Origin: an uncultured virus (IMG/VR IMGVR_UViG_3300006120_000020)
Taxonomy: Duplodnaviria; Heunggongvirae; Uroviricota; Caudoviricetes
Length of the DNA stretch: 20,000 nucleotides
IMG/VR virus record: IMGVR_UViG_3300006120_000020
Direction: 5' to 3' (one strand)
In this document: positions 1 to 5,121 of the stretch, piece after piece
How the letters are laid out: each line of letters starts with the position of its first letter
Numbering within the stretch: position 1 is the first letter of the stretch
The notes under the pieces: generated by a model
Database searches by the model: none
Seen by the model: only the letters and a program-made list of their open reading frames with translations
What the model was told of the DNA's origin: nothing
Position numbers and translations under genes: made by a program

Positions 1-8
1 ACCGTCTT

Positions 9-24
9 GTTGTTTTTTTACAAC
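9..24. promoter_or_regulatory. GTTG-N8-CAAC palindrome (copy 1), putative regulator binding site
   Basis: GTTG tttttta CAAC-type palindrome with GTTG at 9-12 and CAAC at 21-24. Same geometry as the copy at 863-878, which lies just upstream of a sigma70 -35. Confidence 0.4.
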
Positions 25-25
25 T

Positions 26-101
26 TGGAGTAGGCAACAGGAGTCGAACCTGCATATACTGAGTTTGCAATCCAGTCCCTAGCCATTCGGGTCATGCCTA
101 C
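26..101 (-). tRNA. tRNA-Cys(GCA)
   Basis: Minus strand: acceptor GTAGGCA/TGCCTAC, U73, encoded CCA, anticodon loop TTGCAAA, T-arm GCAGG-TTCGACT-CCTGT. Anticodon stem imperfect (CTGGA/CTCAG). Confidence 0.9.
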
Positions 102-334
102 ACTAACTTTTTCCTTGAACTACGGTGTGTTTCATCACGCCTCATAGTCCAATCGTATGTTCCACCATCCGGTAGAACTTTGTTTTCTACTGCATCAACA
201 CCAAACTTACCCACAATTTCCGTGGTTCCATCGGTGATGGTTACAAATTCGTTTGTTTCATTGGTTGCAAACTTCATTGCTTCATCCAATGTTTTGAAAA
301 AACAATCACGATCACTCAAATAAACTTTCCACAT
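98..334 (-). CDS. hypothetical protein (78 aa) embedded in the tRNA array
   Basis: ATG at 334 with GAAAG/GTGAG upstream. Its TAG stop is nt 2-4 of tRNA-Cys. Confidence 0.75.
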   Translation of the reverse strand: MWKVYLSDRDCFFKTLDEAMKFATNETNEFVTITDGTTEIVGKFGVDAVENKVLPDGGTYDWTMRRDETHRSSRKKLV

Positions 335-349
335 AATCTCACTTTCATT

Positions 350-441
350 TGGTACCTCGGGAAGGAATCGAACCTTCTCAAGAACGCTAATCTGGCGCTA
401 AAAGTCTTATAAGGACTCTCTGACTACCAAGCCACCGAGGC
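350..441 (-). tRNA. atypical tRNA-Ile(TAT) with long variable arm and non-canonical D arm
   Basis: Acceptor GCCTCGG/CCGAGGT, A73, CCA. Anticodon arm GAGTC-CTTATAA-GACTT. 24-nt variable region containing hairpin AGCGC-CAGATTA-GCGTT. T-arm GAAGG-TTCGATT-CCTTC. Confidence 0.8.
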
Positions 442-444
442 ATT

Positions 445-536
445 TGGTGGTGAGTGTGGGATTTGAACCCACGGTGCATATTTCTACACACAACAACTTA
501 GCAGGTTGCCGATTTAAACCGCTCATCCAACTCACC
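445..536 (-). tRNA. tRNA-Ser(GCT)
   Basis: Acceptor GGTGAGT/ACTCACC, anticodon arm GCAAC-CTGCTAA-GTTGT, long variable arm, T-arm GTGGG-TTCAAAT-CCCAC, A73, CCA. Confidence 0.93.
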
Positions 537-542
537 GTTGTT

Positions 543-634
543 TGGTGGAAGCGGTGAGATTCGAACTCACGGACCCATTCCTGAGCCGGCAGTTTTCAAG
601 ACTGCTGCCATAAACCAGACTCGACCACGCTTCC
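543..634 (-). tRNA. tRNA-Ser(TGA)
   Basis: Acceptor GGAAGCG/CGCTTCC, anticodon arm GCAGT-CTTGAAA-ACTGC, long variable arm, T-arm GTGAG-TTCGAAT-CTCAC, A73, CCA. Confidence 0.95.
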
Positions 635-710
635 ATATAGAAACACACTAACGGACCGTAATAGACAATCCTCTCCACCGTAAAAGACAGCAGAGTAATG
701 TGTTTTTATA
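635..710 (-). ncRNA. candidate structured RNA (three-way junction) filling the tRNA-Gln/tRNA-Ser spacer
   Basis: Basal stem ATATAAAAACACATTA/TAGTGTGTTTCTATAT encloses two hairpins, CTCTGCTGT-CTTTT-ACGGTGGAG and GGATTGT-CTATT-ACGGTCC. The hairpins share a 13-nt repeat (655-667, 677-689). Confidence 0.6.
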
Positions 711-786
711 TGGCACCCCGTATTGGATTCGAACCAATGATACCGATTTCAAAGACCGGTGCCTTAGACCACTAGGCGAACAGGGA
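711..786 (-). tRNA. tRNA-Gln(TTG)
   Basis: Acceptor TCCCTGT/ACGGGGT (U1.U72 mismatch), G73, CCA. Anticodon arm CCGGT-CTTTGAA-ATCGG. T-arm ATTGG-TTCGAAT-CCAAT. Confidence 0.93.
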
Positions 787-808
787 ACAATTTTTTGACT
801 CTACAAAT

Positions 809-820
809 TTTTAAAGAACA
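809..820 (-). promoter_or_regulatory. boxA-like Nus antitermination site
   Basis: TGTTCTTTAAAA versus rrn boxA TGCTCTTTAACA (10/12). Lies between the promoter and the first tRNA. Confidence 0.65.
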
Positions 821-827
821 TGTGTGT

Positions 828-855
828 ATTGTATCAGAACCGAGATTCTTGTCAA
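828..855 (-). promoter_or_regulatory. sigma70-type promoter P2 for the tRNA array
   Basis: TTGACA (855-850), 16-nt spacer ending TGA (extended -10 TGn), TACAAT (833-828). Confidence 0.75.
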
Positions 856-860
856 TACAC

Positions 861-880
861 TTGTTGTTTCAAAACAACAA
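861..880. promoter_or_regulatory. palindrome TTGTTGTTT-CA-AAACAACAA (GTTG-N8-CAAC, copy 2)
   Basis: Perfect 9-bp inverted arms 5 nt upstream of the P2 -35 box. Related copy at 9-24. Confidence 0.5.
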
Positions 881-882
881 AC

Positions 883-917
883 AAAAAACCCTAGTAGATT
901 TCTCTGACTAGGGTTTT
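883..917 (-). terminator. intrinsic terminator / attenuator hairpin upstream of the tRNA array
   Basis: AAAACCCTAGT-C-AGA-GAAA-TCT-ACTAGGGTTTTTT: 7+3 bp stem with a GNRA loop, followed by U6 and GUUUG. Confidence 0.85.
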
Positions 918-944
918 GCGTTTGGTATCTTTTTTAGAACTTTG

Positions 945-1070
945 TTATTCGTCCCATCCCTCTACACAAAACCCACCTTTTTGAATCGCCCATGAGCTAT
1001 CACCACAATTATTTGTAACTGTGCGATACTCTGGTTGCAACGAAAAGGGTTTATGGGATATGAGAGACAC
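945..1070 (-). CDS. 41-aa putative attenuator leader peptide MSLISHKPFSLQPEYRTVTNNCGDSSWAIQKGGFCVEGWDE
   Basis: GTG start with AGAAAG 7 nt upstream, TAA at 947-945, own promoter at 1104-1132, terminator about 30 nt downstream. Too short for the ORF track. Confidence 0.7.
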   Translation of the reverse strand: MSLISHKPFSLQPEYRTVTNNCGDSSWAIQKGGFCVEGWDE

Positions 1071-1103
1071 GAATTTTCTTTCTAAAAATTTTTCAATGTT
1101 TGT

Positions 1104-1132
1104 ATTATATAGGAACTTTTGAGCCTTGGCAA
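1104..1132 (-). promoter_or_regulatory. sigma70-type promoter P1 for the leader ORF
   Basis: TTGCCA (1132-1127), 17-nt spacer, TATAAT (1109-1104). A late-promoter-like AATAAATA also occurs at 1154-1147. Confidence 0.8.
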
Positions 1133-1157
1133 CAACTATTTTGGTATATTTATTAAA

Positions 1158-1919
1158 TTATTTTCTTTCGATATCTTCTTCATCACATTCAAGACCATAT
1201 TGTATCTCTACAATCTTGCAAGGATGATCGAATGGATTAGTTAGTTGGTGCCATGAACCTACAGGCACTTTGTATTCATCGTGTTTGTTTAACAACAGAG
1301 GAGGTAATGCATAACCACCATTCATCATACTATTCACAACACAACAACCTTCACTAACGATCCAATACTCAGCACGATGTGAATGTCTTTGCATACTCAA
1401 AGATTTGCCAGGTTCTACAGTCAACTCTTTGACTTTCATTCCAGGTACTTCATGTAGAACACGATAGTAACCCCAAGCTCTGTCAGTCTTTGGTGCTTTC
1501 CATTCTTTTAGAATCCATGAAGAAGAATTTTTCTTATTCTCACCACCTACACCAAAAACAAATTCAAGGTTGTCATCTACAACATCCATTTCTGGAATAT
1601 TTGATTGTGTTCTATCACCACCGTTTGCAAAAATAATTCTTGCATCTGGCCAGATTTCTCTTACTTTTAAAATTGCAGCTCTGCTTGAATTGTCATCATC
1701 GTTATATGTGATAACTGCATCAAGGATTGAAAGGTGTTCTATGATTGTTTTGCGTTCATTCAAAGGCATAAACGCACGACCTTTTTTGCGTTCTAACCAT
1801 GCATCACTATTCAAACCAACAATCAATAAGTCGCCGAGTTTTGCGGCTTCTTTAAAATATTGAATGTGACCTGAATGTAGAGGATCAAATCCTCCTGTCA
1901 CTAACACAATCTTCTGCAT
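1158..1919 (-). CDS. cytidylyltransferase-family nucleotidyltransferase (RfaE-II/TagD-like) fused to a mannose-6-phosphate isomerase type II C-terminal cupin
   Basis: N-terminal GGFDPLHSGH (HxGH), VGLNSD, FANGGDR, KKNSSS. C-terminal RAWGYY, LSMQRHSHRAEYW, HQLTN, IVEIQYG...EEDIER. Confidence 0.85.
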   Translation of the reverse strand: MQKIVLVTGGFDPLHSGHIQYFKEAAKLGDLLIVGLNSDAWLERKKGRAFMPLNERKTIIEHLSILDAVITYNDDDNSSRAAILKVREIWPDARIIFANGGDRTQSNIPEMDVVDDNLEFVFGVGGENKKNSSSWILKEWKAPKTDRAWGYYRVLHEVPGMKVKELTVEPGKSLSMQRHSHRAEYWIVSEGCCVVNSMMNGGYALPPLLLNKHDEYKVPVGSWHQLTNPFDHPCKIVEIQYGLECDEEDIERK

Positions 1920-2421
1920 AACGTTTCCATCCTAAAGGTATCTTTTCAATTGGAGAGTCTGGATTGGCAATACCTTCAAAGACTTCCCACAATTTTTCTT
2001 TCACCACAAATTTGTTAAGTAGGCCTACTGCCATACCATAAGCTTCAATTTCCCACGGTTGACTGTAGTAATCTACATCATCAGATATATATTCACCTTT
2101 CCATCTGGTTAGGCGTTCGTTGGTTTCACTGTAAGCATACTGTTTGACATGCACCATTTCATGTGCAATGGTTTCCAAGATTTCTCTTGCACCGATATTT
2201 GGATTTACTTCTACCAAAAATTCTCTGGCTTTACCAGAGTATGTGTATTCCTCAACAGATGCGTATCCACAAACCTCAAGTGATTTATCAAACTTGATGG
2301 TTAAGTGTATGTTTTCCAACATATTTTTAGTCATTAGTTCTTCTGCAAAGAAGTGTGTTGCACGCTTCACAAAAGGACGAAATCTTTCTTTATCGGGACA
2401 TTTTATGATACTTAGTTGCAT
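1885..2421 (-). CDS. zincin-like metallopeptidase domain protein
   Basis: TIAHEMVHVKQ (HExxH) and downstream PWEIEAY. ATG at 2421 follows a GGAGA RBS; the ORF track starts at TTG 2433. Confidence 0.75.
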   Translation of the reverse strand: MQLSIIKCPDKERFRPFVKRATHFFAEELMTKNMLENIHLTIKFDKSLEVCGYASVEEYTYSGKAREFLVEVNPNIGAREILETIAHEMVHVKQYAYSETNERLTRWKGEYISDDVDYYSQPWEIEAYGMAVGLLNKFVVKEKLWEVFEGIANPDSPIEKIPLGWKRYAEDCVSDRRI

Positions 2422-2452
2422 CAGTTTCTCCAAGGAGTTGTCCTCGACCTAT

Positions 2453-2887
2453 TTATCGAATCTGCTCTACCTTAACTCCGGCTTTTTCAAGGAATAAAAT
2501 TCCACTATCATTCCGGTAAGCATCACGATAGAACACGTTACTGATGCCACTCTGATATACCAACTTGGCACAGTCCAAACAAGGAGCGTGGGTAACGAAC
2601 ATAGTAGCGCCATCACCAGATTCGGTCGATTTAGCCAACTTTGCAATCGCATTTGTTTCAGCATGTAAAACCTCAGCTTTAGTTACCAGTTCTGTTATTT
2701 TTGTTTGTTCATTAGTGAATTCAAACTCGCAATTATTGTTCCAACCGGATGGCATTCCGTTATAACCAATACTTATGATACGGTCATCTTTGACAATAAT
2801 GGCACCAACATGAAGTCGTCTGGCAGAAGACAATCCTGCGAAAGTCTCTGCCACCCTCATATACGCATTACGAAACTTTTCTTTCAT
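2453..2887 (-). CDS. cd: dCMP deaminase
   Basis: VGAIIV, GYNG, HAETNAI and PCLDC zinc-deaminase motifs. Confidence 0.92.
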   Translation of the reverse strand: MKEKFRNAYMRVAETFAGLSSARRLHVGAIIVKDDRIISIGYNGMPSGWNNNCEFEFTNEQTKITELVTKAEVLHAETNAIAKLAKSTESGDGATMFVTHAPCLDCAKLVYQSGISNVFYRDAYRNDSGILFLEKAGVKVEQIR

Positions 2888-3015
2888 TCCATCAACACAT
2901 AATCATTTTTAGAAACACCACATTCTGGACAGTTGACTTCATCAGGAAGACTCAACCAGTCTGCTTCAGACAATTGGTGGCCACAAACTACACAAACGTA
3001 AATTCTTTCGCTCAT
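2884..3015 (-). CDS. minimal rubredoxin (43 aa) MSERIYVCVVCGHQLSEADWLSLPDEVNCPECGVSKNDYVLME
   Basis: CxxCG...W..LPD...CPxCG..K..Y pattern. ATGA overlaps with both the rubrerythrin stop and the cd start. Not in the ORF track. Confidence 0.88.
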   Translation of the reverse strand: MSERIYVCVVCGHQLSEADWLSLPDEVNCPECGVSKNDYVLME

Positions 3016-3461
3016 TTCATTTCTCCTAGTTTAACTTGATATGCTTCTGCATGACGTTTTTCAACTTTAGCCAATGCAGCAAAACGTTTCTCAGCCATCT
3101 CTAGAACTTTCTTGAATTGTTCCGCATGTTGTTGAGACTCGTCAACCTGTTCTTGGAATTCTGTTACTGCACGATGACCTTCTTGTTGTGCATCGGTAAC
3201 AAAACCAGGATACATGGTTGTGAATTCATGTGTCTCACCTTCAATGGCAAGTTCTAAGCATTTCTTAGTTGTTGGTTTACCAATTAGTAACTCTAAATGA
3301 CCCCATGCATGGAGAATTTCTTGGTCAGCAGTGTGTTCGAAGTGTTTTGCAACTTCTTCAAAGCCTTCTGCACGAGCCAACTTAGCAAAATAACGGTACT
3401 TGATGTGAGCCATTGATTCGCCTGCCAATGCACTCTCAAGATTTTTCATTGTAACTGACAT
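3012..3461 (-). CDS. rubrerythrin (ferritin-like di-iron domain, no fused rubredoxin domain)
   Basis: NLESALAGESMA..KY.YFA..A..EG, ExxH (EILH), GETHE...MYP, second ExxH-like motifs. Confidence 0.9.
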   Translation of the reverse strand: MSVTMKNLESALAGESMAHIKYRYFAKLARAEGFEEVAKHFEHTADQEILHAWGHLELLIGKPTTKKCLELAIEGETHEFTTMYPGFVTDAQQEGHRAVTEFQEQVDESQQHAEQFKKVLEMAEKRFAALAKVEKRHAEAYQVKLGEMK

Positions 3462-3503
3462 ATTTTTCCTTTATAAAGTTTAGCAATCAAATAATTACTT
3501 ATG

Positions 3504-3571
3504 ATAGTATATCACTATTTTCATCAAAAGTCTAATTGTTATTTTTAATCGTGGTGATAGTGTCGTTACTT
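3504..3571 (-). promoter_or_regulatory. sigma70-type promoter of rubrerythrin-rubredoxin with OxyR-like boxes
   Basis: TAGACT (3534-3529), 17-nt spacer, TGA-TATACT (3511-3506). ATTG-N7-TAAT-N7-ATAG-N7-ACTT (3535-3571) abuts the -35. ATAG-N7-CTAT at 3504-3518. Confidence 0.55.
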
Positions 3572-3753
3572 TGGGTAATTTTTGATTCTTCCGGTACCGA
3601 TGGTGGGTACTCTAAGAACTTAAACATCTGAATTGGCTTCCAGTATCGGTGTATGATGTTGTTAATTACTACAACAGTAGATACAAAAATAATAAGAGAT
3701 AACCCAGTCAAAATACTACCTGCAAGCACTTCTGCTGCTACATCCATATCCAT
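3532..3753 (-). CDS. hypothetical single-pass membrane protein (73 aa)
   Basis: ATG at 3753 after GAAGGAG; hydrophobic stretch VLAGSILTGLSLIIFVSTVVVI. The ORF-track start at 3783 lies inside the tRNA. Confidence 0.75.
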   Translation of the reverse strand: MDMDVAAEVLAGSILTGLSLIIFVSTVVVINNIIHRYWKPIQMFKFLEYPPSVPEESKITQSNDTITTIKNNN

Positions 3754-3771
3754 AATATACTCCTTCAAAAA

Positions 3772-3838
<67 letters not shown>

Positions 3839-3848
<10 letters not shown>

Positions 3849-4426
3849 AATAATGATTTAAAAATTTGTTGTTGTAAAGATACCGCCTTATCAACAAACG
3901 CAAGATTATCAAAGTACTTATCATCAAAGTAGGATTGAATTTTACCTTTTGTTGCCTGAATAGTGGCTTCTTTTTCACCTTGTGCAATCGTTACAACAGT
4001 CATGCCATTTTTCTTGGCGATGTGTTGCATTACCTTATTATCTGATAGGCATTGAGTGAATAGAGTCTTTGCGCCTTTAGACATTGCCCATGTTGCACCA
4101 CGAATGAATAACTCTTGGCCTAGACCTTGGCCACGAAATTCTGGTGAAACGGTGAATCCCATTTCAGCAGAATAATCACCATCTTTGCTTAGTGGATAAA
4201 AAGTAACATGAACAGAGCCAACAACCCCAGCGTTTTCGTGTTCAACAATAAACCACATGTTCTTGAAACCAAATTCATCAAAGGCCTTATCTAAGTAGTC
4301 AATTATATTAGCATCGGATGCAGCATAACCAAACCTCAGATAACGGTCATGACCAACAATATCTTCTAGAAAATGGTCGTATAACCGGTTCGCATCTTCT
4401 TCGGTTGCAATTTTACGTGGAATCAT
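3839..4426 (-). CDS. GNAT family N-acetyltransferase
   Basis: DRYLRFG, AEMGFTVSPEFRGQGLG (acetyl-CoA motif A), CLSDNKVMQHIAKKNG (motif B). Confidence 0.88.
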
Positions 4427-4611
4427 TTCACTCTTTCCAAAGAATCTTTACGCATCCAATGTGATACTTGTGTCAGTTCTTGTGAAGGTTCACGTTTACA
4501 GACAGACAAAAACTCCACACCATCAATTTCTTGGGTTGGCCAGTGTTTGAATGTGTACACAATTTCTCTTGAAGAAACCACTCGCATTTTAATAAAGTCT
4601 AATTTTTTCAT
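4423..4611 (-). CDS. hypothetical protein (62 aa)
   Basis: ATG at 4611 with GGTGA RBS just downstream of a consensus promoter. ATGA overlap with the GNAT gene. Confidence 0.75.
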   Translation of the reverse strand: MKKLDFIKMRVVSSREIVYTFKHWPTQEIDGVEFLSVCKREPSQELTQVSHWMRKDSLERVK

Positions 4612-4620
4612 AATATCACC

Positions 4621-4649
4621 ATTATACATGAAAAAAAAGGGTCTGTCAA
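4621..4649 (-). promoter_or_regulatory. consensus sigma70 promoter
   Basis: TTGACA (4649-4644), 17-nt spacer, TATAAT (4626-4621). Confidence 0.9.
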
Positions 4650-4658
4650 GACCCTTTT
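4631..4658 (-). terminator. intrinsic terminator of hsp20
   Basis: AAAAGGGTC-TTGACA-GACCC-TTTTTTTT immediately after the hsp20 stop. Confidence 0.85.
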
Positions 4659-4662
4659 CTTA

Positions 4663-5088
4663 TTACTCTTTAGAGAATAGGGGAATCTTTTTGATGGCGT
4701 CTTGCATCTTTACCATATTAGACAAACCTATCTTCAACATACCGTTTACCAATTCGGCATTTTCAATTTCTACCTTATCGGCAATAGTGAATTCATGTGT
4801 GAAGTTTCGGTTAGCAATTCCTTTGTAGATGAAAGTATCTGGTTCATCCTCTTTAGCGTTGCCTTTAACGACAAGCTTGTTACCTTCTAGAGTAACTTCA
4901 ATATCTTGTTTACCAAAACCAGCAACAGCCATTTCAATGACGTATTCGTTTTCGGACAACTGTTTGATATTGTATGGAGGGAATGCCGCTTTCTGTAGTT
5001 TTTTTGAAGCCTTTTCAAGTTCTTCAAAAACATCGGTGAAACCGATTGTGAAAGGGTCGAAGCGATGGAAGTTGAACATGTCGTTCAT
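4663..5088 (-). CDS. hsp20: small heat shock protein Hsp20 (IbpA-like)
   Basis: FPPYNI, YVIEMAVAGF, YKGIANRNF, A.LVNGMLKI alpha-crystallin motifs. Follows regA as in T4-like cyanophages. Confidence 0.93.
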   Translation of the reverse strand: MNDMFNFHRFDPFTIGFTDVFEELEKASKKLQKAAFPPYNIKQLSENEYVIEMAVAGFGKQDIEVTLEGNKLVVKGNAKEDEPDTFIYKGIANRNFTHEFTIADKVEIENAELVNGMLKIGLSNMVKMQDAIKKIPLFSKE

Positions 5089-5094
5089 AGTTTT

Positions 5095-5111
5095 CTCCTT
5101 AAATAAGCAAG
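5095..5111 (-). promoter_or_regulatory. ROSE-like RNA thermometer hairpin occluding the hsp20 Shine-Dalgarno
   Basis: CUUGCUU-AUUU-AAGGAG: the U(U/C)GCU motif with bulged G pairs with the SD AGGAG. Confidence 0.7.
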
Positions 5112-5121
5112 TTAAATTTTT

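Noticed and set aside
350..441. tRNA-Sec or intron-containing tRNA
   Set aside because: The anticodon is UAU rather than UCA, the acceptor/T stems are 7/5, and the extra sequence is in the variable arm, not the anticodon loop.
635..710. Spacer as an HDV-like (theta) ribozyme, an extra tRNA or a mini-CRISPR
   Set aside because: No nested double pseudoknot or catalytic J4/2 pattern, no T-loop or CCA, and only two 13-nt repeats 9 nt apart.
960..990. T-box riboswitch (AAGGTGGG resembles the T-box GGTGG)
   Set aside because: Lacks the UGGNACC bulge and any Stem I motifs. The ribosome-mediated attenuator model fits better.
2450..2457. Degenerate late promoters (GATAAATA 2457-2450, CATAAGTA 3503-3496, CCTAAATA 19997-19990)
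   Set aside because: They have one or two mismatches to TATAAATA in AT-rich DNA. Plausible, especially before gp3, but not supportable without a genome-wide motif.
4423..5088. Absence of gp43 DNA polymerase after regA/hsp20
   Set aside because: Gene order varies among T4-like phages and gp43 is probably outside this window. Loss cannot be claimed.
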